From assembly GCA_045628045.1 (NCBI GenBank), contig JAZQOV010000006.1:16116-80115 (forward strand): a stretch of 64,000 nucleotides of DNA. Reading direction: 5' to 3'. Below are positions 53,069 to 63,433 of this stretch, in pieces. Each line of letters opens with the position of its first letter. The first letter of the stretch is position 1. Source of the stretch: Bacilli bacterium. GTDB taxonomy: Bacteria > Bacillota_I > Bacilli_A > RFN20 > CAG-826. The notes below the pieces were generated by a model that saw only the letters and a list, made by a program, of their open reading frames with translations, searched no databases and had not been told where the DNA came from. A program made the position numbers and the translations under genes.

Positions 53069-55377
53069 TTTAAATTTACCACCGTCGCTCCAGTTGAGCC
53101 CTCAAATGATTCGCCATAACGATAAGAATCAACAAAACTACAGCTGTCTAAATAATCGTGAACTGCATCACGTAAAGCACCTGTTCCCATGCCATGAATT
53201 ATGCGAACTTGTTTGAAGTGTTTGACAAGACAATCATCGAGATATTTTTTAACTTCCTCCATTGCCTCATCAACATGCTTTCCAATTATGTTAAGTTCAA
53301 GTTTTATATTGGTTTTTGAAAATACAATATCATCGGGATTTCTGGCACTTTTTCTGGATTTCTCCGGTAAAACCGCCACTTTTTTTACTTTGTTAAGAGT
53401 TGATTTTACAGTCATTCCATCAATTGAAATAAGTTCAATTTTTCCTTTATTAATTTTGGTTATTTTGCCAACCAATTCAAGGCCTGCAACTTCAACGTAA
53501 TCTCCCAATTTTATTTCTTCATCTTCCTCAAAATCTTCACCATTTTCTTCAAGCTTTTTAAGTTTAGTTTTTGCCTCAATTAATTCATGAGCTTTTGCGT
53601 TTGGATTGTTCAAAACTTTTAAGATGTCATTGATTTGTTTTTTGGCATCTTCGATCATCTTTGCCTTAGTAATTTCTACATCAGTAAGTAAGTTTTCTTT
53701 CTTACTAGATAAAACCTTATTTTGATAATTTATATCTTTAGTTTTGCTTTCAAGAATTCGTTTATCTTCTTTAAGTTTTTTATTAATCTCTTCATTTTCA
53801 TGAAGAACATTATTTAATTTATCAATAACATCACTTATTGATTTATCTCCAGTTTTTTGGAGATTCTTTCTTGCAAGATCCACCACTTCTTTATCAAGAT
53901 GATATCTATTTGCCATCTCAAGCCCATAAGATCTACCCGGATAGCCAATTTTTAATAAATAAGTTGGCAAGAGTTTCTTCTCATCAAAGACCATCATGGC
54001 GTTTTTAACGCCTTCTCTTCGATAAGCGTATTCTTTCATTTTCTCAAAATGTGACGAAATAAATGCGAAGCATTTCTTCTTTAGTAAGAAATCGCTAACC
54101 GCTAAAGCTAAAGCTTCTCCTTCGTTAGGAGAGGTGCCTGTACCAAGCTCATCAAGCAAAACTAAATCTTTATTTGTCACAAAGTGAGTTATTGTAGAAA
54201 GATTGCTTACGTGTGCAGCAAACGTTGAAAGATTATCTGAAAGTGATTGGTTATCACCAATATCAGCGTAAATTCTCGGGAAATATGAAATAACTCCTCT
54301 TTCCCTTGTTGGAATAGGAAGTCCCATTTGAGACATCATAATCATTAAACCGAGCGTTTTTAGCGCAACTGTTTTACCGCCAGCATTTGGTCCTGAAATA
54401 ACAATCATTCTTTGATTTTCGTCAAAGTTAAAATCATTTGCGATAACTTTGTTTTCTTCAATTAATGGATGTTTTGCGCCTTTGAGGTTGATAACTCTTT
54501 CCTTAACAAATAAGGCTGAGTAACAATTATGTTTATTCCCATATTCAGCCTTAGCTGAAATGAAATCTAATTTACCAAGAATTTTATTATTTGATGAAAT
54601 TTGCGATGATGATTTTGCTACTTCTTCAGTTAACATTTTAAGAAGTTTGTAAATTTCCTCTTTTTCTTCAATTCGTAAAACACAAATTTCATTTGATAAC
54701 TGCACCAATGCATCTGGTTCAATAAAAGTTGTTTGGCCCGAATCAGAAATATCATGAATTACTCCAGGAACTTTGTTTTTGTTTGCAGTTTCAACTGGCA
54801 AAACATAATGATCATTTCTTATTGTAAGCGTGTCTTCTGTCAAAACATCATGATATTTACGAATTAAGGCAGAAACAATAGCTCTTACGCTTCCTTCTTT
54901 TTTATGTATCTCATTTCTAATTGATTTTAATTTACTAGAAGCATCATCCTTAATAGATAAATTAGGTGCGACAACATTGTGAATCTTTGATTCAAGTTCA
55001 CTAATATCAAAAAGTTTACCAGCTAATTGAAGGAGCTCAAAATAAACACTTTTGTCACCTCTTTTAAAATAATTGCTTACTTTTGCAGCGGTTAAAATAT
55101 CACTCGCTATATGGTCTAAATCAAGAGGAGTTAAGACTCCACCCTTTAAAGCAATTTCAATAAATTTTTCGAGTTCAAAAGATGAAGTCACAGGAAGAGA
55201 ACCGTACTTTAAGATGAAATCAGACATTTGTTCAACTAGTTTTAATTCACTAGAGGCTTCATCTTCAGAAAGCATTCTCAAATCTTTGAGGGTTTTCTTG
55301 CCAATTTCCGTATTTGAAAAAAGAGATACTTCTTCTAATACTTTTTGAATTTCAAGCGTTTGATATATATCGAGCAT
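53065..55377 (-). CDS. mutS2: Endonuclease MutS2 (MutS domains plus C-terminal Smr)
   Basis: Walker A GPNAGGKT, DELGTGT, and a C-terminal Smr domain (LNIIGKHVDEAMEEV...IIHGMGTGALR). ATG 55377 is preferred over the TTG at 55419 used by the ORF track. Confidence 0.9.
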   Translation of the reverse strand: MLDIYQTLEIQKVLEEVSLFSNTEIGKKTLKDLRMLSEDEASSELKLVEQMSDFILKYGSLPVTSSFELEKFIEIALKGGVLTPLDLDHIASDILTAAKVSNYFKRGDKSVYFELLQLAGKLFDISELESKIHNVVAPNLSIKDDASSKLKSIRNEIHKKEGSVRAIVSALIRKYHDVLTEDTLTIRNDHYVLPVETANKNKVPGVIHDISDSGQTTFIEPDALVQLSNEICVLRIEEKEEIYKLLKMLTEEVAKSSSQISSNNKILGKLDFISAKAEYGNKHNCYSALFVKERVINLKGAKHPLIEENKVIANDFNFDENQRMIVISGPNAGGKTVALKTLGLMIMMSQMGLPIPTRERGVISYFPRIYADIGDNQSLSDNLSTFAAHVSNLSTITHFVTNKDLVLLDELGTGTSPNEGEALALAVSDFLLKKKCFAFISSHFEKMKEYAYRREGVKNAMMVFDEKKLLPTYLLKIGYPGRSYGLEMANRYHLDKEVVDLARKNLQKTGDKSISDVIDKLNNVLHENEEINKKLKEDKRILESKTKDINYQNKVLSSKKENLLTDVEITKAKMIEDAKKQINDILKVLNNPNAKAHELIEAKTKLKKLEENGEDFEEDEEIKLGDYVEVAGLELVGKITKINKGKIELISIDGMTVKSTLNKVKKVAVLPEKSRKSARNPDDIVFSKTNIKLELNIIGKHVDEAMEEVKKYLDDCLVKHFKQVRIIHGMGTGALRDAVHDYLDSCSFVDSYRYGESFEGSTGATVVNLK

Positions 55378-55599
55378 ATCATAAATGATACCACATTTAT
55401 ATTCGACAAGTAGAGACAAAAAGATGCGAATTTAAAAAGTGCAAAAAAGTGATTTACTTTGTAAATCAAAAAAATAAATTAACACATTTGCCTAAAAAAC
55501 ACCTATCTAGTATTAGGAGGACACATTTAAACAAAAGGATTATTAAAAAATTTTAATTTTTTAATTTATTATTCCTAAATGATGTGGTAAAATAAAACT

Positions 55600-56523
55600 A
55601 TGATTCAAAGAGTTACAATCGAAATTGATTCGTCTTCAAAGAATGAACTTGTAAAATATTACAAATCTATTCAAAAAGACAACAAAGGTGAATACATTTT
55701 ATTTTTTGGACGTGATAACAAACTTACAGTTACTGTTTACACCTCTAAGAAATCTGATACATTCAAAGTTGTTTTCTTAGGCGAAAATGCCTTAATTGAG
55801 GCAAGGCATTGGGACAAAAATGCTGAGCTCAACGAACCGAAAGAAAAAACTGCTCCAAAGAAAGCCTGTTGGGAAGTTCTCACAAACCAAATTGGTTCTG
55901 ATGAAGTTGGAACAGGCGACTTTTTCGGACCTATTTGTGTATGCGCAGCTTACGTTAAAGAAAAAGATATTAAAAGATTACGTGAATTAGGTGTTGATGA
56001 TTCAAAACGTTTAACCGATGTTCAAATTAGGAAACTAGGCAAAATCTTAATCAAGGAGTTTGAATATTCACAACTTTCATTAAATAATGAAAAATATAAT
56101 GAACTTGTTGATAAAAATATGAACATGAATGAGATGAAAGCAAAAATGCATAACCGTGTTTTGCTTAATCTTCACAAGAAACATTGCGCAGTTAAAAACA
56201 TCTTAATTGATGAATTCCTTGCAGAAAAAAGCTACTACAAATACCTTAAAGATGAATCAGAAATTGTTCGTGGTATTGAATTCAAAACAAAAGGCGAATC
56301 TTATTTCCCATCCGTTGCTGTCGGCAGCATAATTGCAAGATATTCATTTATCCAACACATGGATTTATTATCAAAGAAATACGGAATGGAAATTCCTTAT
56401 GGTGCTTCTAAAAAAGTAACCGAATTTGCAAAGCAGTTCGTCGAAAAATTTGGAATTAAAGAACTTGAGAAAATCTCAAAGAAAAACTTCGTCAATTTTT
56501 CAGATTTAACGAAGTTGTTCTAA
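55600..56523 (+). CDS. rnhC: Ribonuclease HIII
   Basis: 307 aa. An N-terminal DUF3378-like domain followed by the RNase HII/HIII core GSDEVGTGDFFGP. Confidence 0.85.
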   Translation: MIQRVTIEIDSSSKNELVKYYKSIQKDNKGEYILFFGRDNKLTVTVYTSKKSDTFKVVFLGENALIEARHWDKNAELNEPKEKTAPKKACWEVLTNQIGSDEVGTGDFFGPICVCAAYVKEKDIKRLRELGVDDSKRLTDVQIRKLGKILIKEFEYSQLSLNNEKYNELVDKNMNMNEMKAKMHNRVLLNLHKKHCAVKNILIDEFLAEKSYYKYLKDESEIVRGIEFKTKGESYFPSVAVGSIIARYSFIQHMDLLSKKYGMEIPYGASKKVTEFAKQFVEKFGIKELEKISKKNFVNFSDLTKLF

Positions 56524-57408
56524 TACTTTTTTAAAATATTCAGGGAGATCGACTGAGAATGTCATCTCCTTTTTTGTTTTCGGATGAATAAAATGAATTT
56601 CATGAGCAAATAGGAGCTGGCCATCGTCATAAATGGATCGATTTCCTTTGCCATAAATTGGATCTCCGATTACTGGATGTCCAATGTAATTCATGTGAAC
56701 TCTAATTTGATGAGTTCTTCCAGTTTTTAAGGAACATTCTACTAATGTAGAATTACTAAATCTTTCAAGCACTATAAAACTTGTTTCGGCTTCTTTCCCA
56801 CGCATTAGATCTACCGCCATTTTTTGGCGATACTTTTGATCGCGTCCAATAGGGGCAATAATCTTACCAGAATTCTCTGAAATATTTCCTAAAACAAGAG
56901 CGTAATACTTTCTTGCAAGGCTATGATCTTGAAGCTGACTTGATAAAAAGGCGTGTGCAGTATCATTTTTAGCAACCACAAGAAGTCCAGCTGTATCTTT
57001 ATCAATTCTATGTACAATTCCTGGTCTAAAATCACCATTTAAAGTTGATAATTTATCACTATGAAATTTAAGTGCATTTGCAAGTGTATGTTCTGTATTG
57101 CCTGCACCAGGATGGACAACTAAACCTTTTGGTTTATTCACGACCATTAAATCATCATCTTCATAAACGATATCTAAAGGAATATTCTCAGGATTTAAAT
57201 CCGATGTTTCATTAGGAAAATCACTAACGAAAATAACATCATTTTCTTTTAATTTGTATGATGCTTTTTCTTTAACACCGTTAACTAAAATTAAACCATT
57301 ATCAAGATGGTTTTGAATTTTGCTTCTTGATACATTACTTACTAACGAGGAAAGTGCTTTATCAAGACGAGCATTTTCATATTCTTTAGTTACCTTTATT
57401 TCTTGCAT
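56506..57408 (-). CDS. rluD: RluA-family 23S rRNA pseudouridine synthase (RluD-like)
   Basis: 300 aa. N-terminal S4 domain, catalytic HRIDKDTAGLL, and GRTHQIRVH. Confidence 0.85.
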   Translation of the reverse strand: MQEIKVTKEYENARLDKALSSLVSNVSRSKIQNHLDNGLILVNGVKEKASYKLKENDVIFVSDFPNETSDLNPENIPLDIVYEDDDLMVVNKPKGLVVHPGAGNTEHTLANALKFHSDKLSTLNGDFRPGIVHRIDKDTAGLLVVAKNDTAHAFLSSQLQDHSLARKYYALVLGNISENSGKIIAPIGRDQKYRQKMAVDLMRGKEAETSFIVLERFSNSTLVECSLKTGRTHQIRVHMNYIGHPVIGDPIYGKGNRSIYDDGQLLFAHEIHFIHPKTKKEMTFSVDLPEYFKKVLEQLR

Positions 57409-58036
57409 TTTTCTTTTCTTCTAATTCTTTTGGAGAATATTTATATTCTCCTTCTTTGCCTTTTTTCATTGCTTCTTTAATTTCGTCAATGATGAGAACA
57501 ATGACTAAAATTATGATGCCTATTACAAGGCAAGCATCAGCAATATTAAACGATCCAAAAATCTGGACACCACCTACATAAAATTGAATCCAGTCAATAA
57601 CGCCAGAAAATCCAACTGTCTTGTCCCAATAGAAACATCTATCGATAAGGTTACCAATTCCGCCAGAAATCATAAGAATTAATGAAACTTTGACCCAAGT
57701 TCCTAATTTTTTATAGTTCTTAACGTAATACCAAATAAAACAGCCAGATAAAATTACTGAAATTGATGCAAAGAAGATTCTATTTCCTATATCTTTTGAA
57801 AAAAGATGGAATGAATAAGCTGCATTTGGATTAATTGCTCCACCAATATAGATAAAGTTTTTAATGATTTGGATTGCTCCATTTTCTTTATAAACACCAT
57901 TACTCATACGAGTTAATCCAAAATGATTAAAGACAACCCATTTTGTAACAATATCAATAACGAAAAGTAAAACACCAAGCCAAATATAAGTTCTAAAGAA
58001 CTTCTTCATGTTTTCTTTAGTGAAAATCTTTTTCAT
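57386..58036 (-). CDS. lspA: Lipoprotein signal peptidase II
   Basis: 216 aa. GGAINPNAAYSF, GNLIDR and FNIADACLVIG blocks. The C-terminus carries a charged extension. Confidence 0.8.
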   Translation of the reverse strand: MKKIFTKENMKKFFRTYIWLGVLLFVIDIVTKWVVFNHFGLTRMSNGVYKENGAIQIIKNFIYIGGAINPNAAYSFHLFSKDIGNRIFFASISVILSGCFIWYYVKNYKKLGTWVKVSLILMISGGIGNLIDRCFYWDKTVGFSGVIDWIQFYVGGVQIFGSFNIADACLVIGIIILVIVLIIDEIKEAMKKGKEGEYKYSPKELEEKKNARNKGN

Positions 58037-58038
58037 TT

Positions 58039-60747
58039 TTACTTACCTAAAACGTGAGCACAACGTTCACATACTTCAGTTTCATCATCAATCTTGACGA
58101 GCTTATCAACATAGTTCCAGCATCTTGGACATTTTTTAGCATCAATGTGATGTGCTTCAGCTTCCTTAACATTGCTAAATTCAACCTTGGAAACGATGAG
58201 TAATTTTTCAACATTCTTTTCGCCTAAAATTGTTTTGTATGATTCTGGTAAAACGACTAAAGCTTCTTGGCTAGAACCAATGATTTCTGAATTACGTGCT
58301 TCCTCAAGTTTCTTATTTACTTCATCACGAATATCCATGAATTTCTTGTAGTTTTCTAGGACTTTCTTATCAAAATCCCCGGTTTTTTCCGGATAATTTA
58401 ATAATTGAGCAGATTTGCCATTATAGTCTGGCATGTTAGCATGAACCTCTTCCATAGTGAATGGAATTACAGGTGTTAAAAGTCTAAGAAGTGTATCAGT
58501 AACTTTATAAATTACAGATTGCATTTGTCTTCTTCTTAATGAGTTAACAGCCTCACAATAAAGGATGTCTTTTCCAATATCGAGATAGAAGCTAGATAAG
58601 TCACTTGACATAAATGCCATAATCTTCATCATTGCTGTTGAGAAATCATATTTATCAAATGATTCAATAACTTCGTTTTTAACTTCTTCAAGTCTTGCAA
58701 GAATATAAGTATCAACTGGTTCAAATTCCTTAACCATGTCTTTCTTTGGATCAAATGATGCAGTTTCACCATCACTTAAGTTTCCTAAAAGGAACTTAAA
58801 TGTGTTACGAATCTTACGATATTGATCAGCAACTTGTCTAAGTAAATTCTCAGAAATTCTAACATCTTGTTGATAGTTAACTGTTGCAACCCAAAGTCTT
58901 AAAATATCGGCACCAAAAATGTTGCACATCTTGAGTGGGTCAACTCCATTTCCTTTGGATTTGTGCATTTGTTCACCGTGTTCATCTAAAACCCAACCAT
59001 GTGAAACAACTGCTTTATAAGGAGCCTTTCCTTGAATTGCGGTAGAAATTGTAAGTGATGAGTTGAACCATCCACGATATTGATCGCTACCTTCAAGATA
59101 AAGTTCTGATTGGTCATAACCTAAACGTTTTCTTAAGACAGCATCAAAAGATGATCCTGAGTCAAACCAAACATCCATGATGTCTTTTTCTTTTGTAAAT
59201 TTGCCATTTGGTGAATGCGAATTCTTATAACCTTTTGGAAGGAAGAATTCGGCGTCTTTTTCATACCAAATATCACTTCCATATTCTTTGAATATGGAGA
59301 CGATATGATCAAATACTTCTTTTTCAATAATTGGAGTTTCATCTTCACAATAAATAATTGGAATTGGAACGCCCCAAACTCTTTGACGAGAAATGCACCA
59401 ATCGTTACGATCTTTGATCATGTTGGTCATTCTGTCTTTACCCCAAGCAGGGATCCAATTAACTTTATTAACTTGTTCTAAAAGTTGATCTTTAATTTTG
59501 CCAATTGAGCAGAACCATTGTGGAGTAGATCTAAAGATAACTGGTTTTCCAGTTCTCCAGTCATGTGGATAGCTATGAAGAATTTCGCCTTCTTTAATTA
59601 AAGCATTATTTTCTCTAAGCATATCTAAAATGACTTTATTAGCATCTTCATAGAATAAACCATTAAGTCTTTCGCCACATTCAGCAGTTAATCTACCATA
59701 GTTATCAATTGGACAATATGGCATAATGCCATATTTTGCACAAACGTTGTAGTCATCAACACCAAGTCCTGGAGCTGTATGAACTAAACCTGTACCTGAA
59801 TCATTTGTAACGTGATCACCAAGAAGAAAAACTGATTCTCTTTCATAGAAAGGATGTTTAGCTTTAAGTCCCTCAAGTTCTTTTCCTTTAACAACCTTGA
59901 TTTGTTTAAATGTTTCAAAACCAAGTTCTTCTTTTAAAGATTCTGCGTTCTCTTCAAGAAGGATAAAATCACCTTTTTCAGTATGATAAACACCATAATT
60001 AAATCTTGGGTTTATACTGATGGCAAGGTTGGATGGAAGTGAGTAAGGAGTTGTTGTCCAAATAACAGCTTTAACACCATTATCAACAACACCTTTTCCA
60101 TCAATAATATCGAATGCAACGTAAATTGCATATGATTTGACATCTTTGTACTCGATTTCAGCTTCTGCTAAAGCAGACTCTGAGCTCCATGACCAATAAA
60201 CTGGCTTAAGTCCTTTGTAAATAAGTCCTTGTAAAGCCATGTTGGCAAATACTTCGATTTGATTTGATTCAAATTGTTTTTCAAGAGTCTTGTATGCGCC
60301 TTTATAATCACCCATAATTCCAAGACGAACGATTTGATCTTGTTGTCTTTTAACTTGAGTTAAAGCATATTCTCTACATTTTTGTCTAAATTCTGCAGTT
60401 GGAGTTGTTTTACGATTAACGCCAGATTTAATAACTTGGTTTTCAATTGGAAGACCATGTGTATCAAAACCAAACACAAAAGGAACATAATAACCTTGCA
60501 TTGCCTTTTGTCTAACAATCATATCTTTTAAAATACGGTTAAGCATGTGACCACAATGCATATCGCCATTAGCGTATGGAGGACCATCATGAAATGCGAA
60601 AGGTTTTGCGCCTTCTCTATTTTTAAGCATCTCGCCATATAAATTTTCATCTTGCCATTTCTTCACTAAAACTGGTTCTTTGGTTGGAAGATTTCCTCTC
60701 ATTTCAAAGTTAGTTCTTGGCATGAGTAATGTTGTTTTTAGTTCCAT
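58039..60747 (-). CDS. ileS: Isoleucine--tRNA ligase
   Basis: 902 aa. HIGH-type PYANGDMHCGH, KMSKS-type MHKSKGN and a C-terminal zinc-finger CPRCW...CERC. Confidence 0.95.
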   Translation of the reverse strand: MELKTTLLMPRTNFEMRGNLPTKEPVLVKKWQDENLYGEMLKNREGAKPFAFHDGPPYANGDMHCGHMLNRILKDMIVRQKAMQGYYVPFVFGFDTHGLPIENQVIKSGVNRKTTPTAEFRQKCREYALTQVKRQQDQIVRLGIMGDYKGAYKTLEKQFESNQIEVFANMALQGLIYKGLKPVYWSWSSESALAEAEIEYKDVKSYAIYVAFDIIDGKGVVDNGVKAVIWTTTPYSLPSNLAISINPRFNYGVYHTEKGDFILLEENAESLKEELGFETFKQIKVVKGKELEGLKAKHPFYERESVFLLGDHVTNDSGTGLVHTAPGLGVDDYNVCAKYGIMPYCPIDNYGRLTAECGERLNGLFYEDANKVILDMLRENNALIKEGEILHSYPHDWRTGKPVIFRSTPQWFCSIGKIKDQLLEQVNKVNWIPAWGKDRMTNMIKDRNDWCISRQRVWGVPIPIIYCEDETPIIEKEVFDHIVSIFKEYGSDIWYEKDAEFFLPKGYKNSHSPNGKFTKEKDIMDVWFDSGSSFDAVLRKRLGYDQSELYLEGSDQYRGWFNSSLTISTAIQGKAPYKAVVSHGWVLDEHGEQMHKSKGNGVDPLKMCNIFGADILRLWVATVNYQQDVRISENLLRQVADQYRKIRNTFKFLLGNLSDGETASFDPKKDMVKEFEPVDTYILARLEEVKNEVIESFDKYDFSTAMMKIMAFMSSDLSSFYLDIGKDILYCEAVNSLRRRQMQSVIYKVTDTLLRLLTPVIPFTMEEVHANMPDYNGKSAQLLNYPEKTGDFDKKVLENYKKFMDIRDEVNKKLEEARNSEIIGSSQEALVVLPESYKTILGEKNVEKLLIVSKVEFSNVKEAEAHHIDAKKCPRCWNYVDKLVKIDDETEVCERCAHVLGK

Positions 60748-60751
60748 TTTT

Positions 60752-60980
60752 TTACTCCTTTTTCGTAAATAAAAGCATCCCTTATTTAAGGACGCTTTAA
60801 CGTGGTACCACCTTAATTCTCTTACTTAGTAAGAGCACTTAATTAGTCTATAACGGAGACATCCGGGATTCTTACTATTTTCAGAACCCATACAAAGAAG
60901 TGATATTGCTTAATAGATATTGCTAATCTTCCACCATCATTAGCTCGCTATTAATAGAGCTATCAAGTAACTTGTCTTCT
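60752..60980 (-). promoter_or_regulatory. T-box leader (tRNA-sensing riboswitch) of ileS
   Basis: The minus strand contains the T-box sequence AAGGTGGTACCACG, followed by the terminator GCGTCCTT-AAAT-AAGGGATGC and TTTTATTT, then the GGAG RBS. Stem I-like GCGA and GGTGGAA elements lie upstream. Candidate AUC triplets (AATATCT, AATATCA) are present. Confidence 0.75.
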
Positions 60981-60991
60981 AGGATAATTGA

Positions 60992-62110
60992 TTAAAGATT
61001 TTTGCCTTTTAAGAAGTTTGGAAGGAATGATTCTTTCTCATCTTCTTCAACGACTTTTTCCTCGCCTTCTTGCTCGGTTTGTTCTGTTTCTTCAACATTT
61101 TCATCTTCTTTAGGAAGAGGACGTTGTTCATAGGTAGGAACATGAGTGAAGTCGAATTCTTCTGTAAAGTCTGATGCGATAACAGAAACAAGAATTTGGT
61201 CAGAAAGTTCTTCGTTAATTGAGACACCAAACTTAATATCTACTGAACTACCAGCAGCTTCAATGATTCTATTAACTGTTTCTTGCGCTTCATAAAGTGA
61301 AACTTCACGACCGCATGTAACAGCACATATTGCACGACGTGCGCCATTAATACTTGCTTCAAGAAGAGGTGAATTAATTGCGTTATTGGCTGCTTCTTGT
61401 GAACGATGTGGTCCACTTCCCATACCAAATCCAATTAATGAAATACCTGAATCTTTAAGAGTATTCTTAACATCAGCAAAGTCTAAGTTAATGAAACTTG
61501 GGCAAAGGATTAAATCAGTAACTGTTTTAACGCTTTGTGCAAGAACTCCATCACTCTCTGCGAATGCTTGAGAAATTGGAGCGGTTCCACTAACCATCAA
61601 TAATTTATCGTTAGAAACGATAATAATTGCATCAACTGCGTCTTTAAGGTTATTAAGACCTTCGACAGAGTTTGCAATACGTTTCTTACCTTCAAATGTA
61701 AACGGACGAGTAACAATTGCGACTGTAAGAGCGCCTGCTTCCCTGGCTGCTTGTGCGATTATTGGGGCTGCACCTGTACCAGTACCTCCGCCCATACCTG
61801 CTGCGATGAAGACCAAGTTTGCGCCTTCAACAATTGAACGAATCTTATCAATTGATTCTTCGGCAGCTTGGCGACCAACTTCAGGATTACCGCCAGCACC
61901 TAATCCGCCTGTAGATTTTTCACCTAAAATAATTCTATTTTTTGCTTTTGATCTTGAAAGAGCTTGTTGATCAGTATTGGCAACATAAAACTCAACTGAT
62001 GATATATTATCATCAATCATTCTATTAACAGCATTATTACCGGCGCCACCAACACCGATGACAACGATTCTAGCAAATGCTTCATAGTTATCTAAATCTT
62101 TTTCTTCCAT
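60992..62110 (-). CDS. ftsZ: Cell division protein FtsZ
   Basis: 372 aa. GVGGAGNNAV, the tubulin signature GGGTGTGAAP, and an acidic C-terminal tail. Confidence 0.95.
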   Translation of the reverse strand: MEEKDLDNYEAFARIVVIGVGGAGNNAVNRMIDDNISSVEFYVANTDQQALSRSKAKNRIILGEKSTGGLGAGGNPEVGRQAAEESIDKIRSIVEGANLVFIAAGMGGGTGTGAAPIIAQAAREAGALTVAIVTRPFTFEGKKRIANSVEGLNNLKDAVDAIIIVSNDKLLMVSGTAPISQAFAESDGVLAQSVKTVTDLILCPSFINLDFADVKNTLKDSGISLIGFGMGSGPHRSQEAANNAINSPLLEASINGARRAICAVTCGREVSLYEAQETVNRIIEAAGSSVDIKFGVSINEELSDQILVSVIASDFTEEFDFTHVPTYEQRPLPKEDENVEETEQTEQEGEEKVVEEDEKESFLPNFLKGKNL

Positions 62111-62127
62111 TTTCTTGCTCCTTCCAT

Positions 62128-63339
62128 TTATTCTTGCTTTTCACGAACTCTTTGTAATTGAGTTGTTTTAATTCTTGTATCACTTAATGTTCCTTTGTAC
62201 TTGCTTGATGCATACATCGCACCTATTAAAGCACAGAATTTTGCATCTCTTGCACCCAAAGCCTTAGGCTCCAAATAATGAATCGATGCATTAGCTGAGA
62301 ATTTCTCTTTAACAAGTCCTTCGAATCCAAACATTTTTGTAATTCCACCAGTGAATACGATTGGTAATGTTTTAACATTATCCGGATAATCTTTCATGAT
62401 TGTCTCGTATGCATAGTCAAATTTATCGAAGTATTCTTCTTTGAAGAATTCATTAATGATGAAGTTTAATGACGCTGGATCATGATTTGTTTCCATCCCA
62501 GCAATCATTGATGTTGCAATTGTTGGCTTGAATGTTAATGGTCTTTCATCAAGTCCATATCTCATAAGTAATTCAAATGCGTCATCATGGCTAAGATTCA
62601 TACGATCAGCAATTTTCTTAACCAAATCGTTCGAACCGGTTTGGAAACTTACAGTTGCAAACGGAGATGAATTACCAACTAATGTAATATTCGTAACACC
62701 TGCACCAATATCAGCAAGAACAAATGAATCTGGAATATCTGGATCATTCTTAGCAAGTTCTGAAAGTGCATAACAGCTTACACACAATCTACGAATTTTA
62801 ATACGTGCAGAATCAAATATTCTCTTATAATCAGAAACTACTCTACTTGGTAAAGTATGAATTTTTGCTTTAATTGTAATGTTGTTTGATTTTTCATTAA
62901 TTGGAGGATTAGCGAATGATCTTCCCATTTCAAGAATGAATGAATCTGGAATAATATCGACAATATCATTTCCTGCCGGGATTGCTTCCTTTTGAACTAA
63001 TGAAACAACGTTTTCAATATCGATAGTTGCAATTAATGAATAAGGTGAAACAACATTAGTTGTTTTGCTGCTTTGATAAACATTTAATCCAAATGATGGG
63101 AGAATAACAGTTGCTTCACTAATTGAGATTTTCTCTTTAGTTGTTTCATCTTTAAATTCTTTCATTGAAGCCAAGATTGATGAAAGCGTTTGGAAGTCAA
63201 CAATTTCTCCACGAGAGACAAGACCAAAAATAGGTCTTTCTGCGACATGAATTAAATTAATGTTTCCGTCTTTTTCGTAACCGACAGCCATTCTAAGCTG
63301 TGTATCGGATATTTCTATAGTTGTAATATACTTTTCCAT
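62128..63339 (-). CDS. ftsA: Cell division protein FtsA (actin-like ATPase)
   Basis: 403 aa. ADIGAGVTNI and FTGGITKM are actin-fold phosphate-binding blocks. It lies immediately upstream of ftsZ. Confidence 0.8.
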   Translation of the reverse strand: MEKYITTIEISDTQLRMAVGYEKDGNINLIHVAERPIFGLVSRGEIVDFQTLSSILASMKEFKDETTKEKISISEATVILPSFGLNVYQSSKTTNVVSPYSLIATIDIENVVSLVQKEAIPAGNDIVDIIPDSFILEMGRSFANPPINEKSNNITIKAKIHTLPSRVVSDYKRIFDSARIKIRRLCVSCYALSELAKNDPDIPDSFVLADIGAGVTNITLVGNSSPFATVSFQTGSNDLVKKIADRMNLSHDDAFELLMRYGLDERPLTFKPTIATSMIAGMETNHDPASLNFIINEFFKEEYFDKFDYAYETIMKDYPDNVKTLPIVFTGGITKMFGFEGLVKEKFSANASIHYLEPKALGARDAKFCALIGAMYASSKYKGTLSDTRIKTTQLQRVREKQE

Positions 63340-63433
63340 ATTAATAACGAATATATTTTATATATTTACTCCTAATATAGCAAGTAATATAAAAATTGAT
63401 AGTAAAAAAAAGAAGTAGTTTATTCCGCTACTT

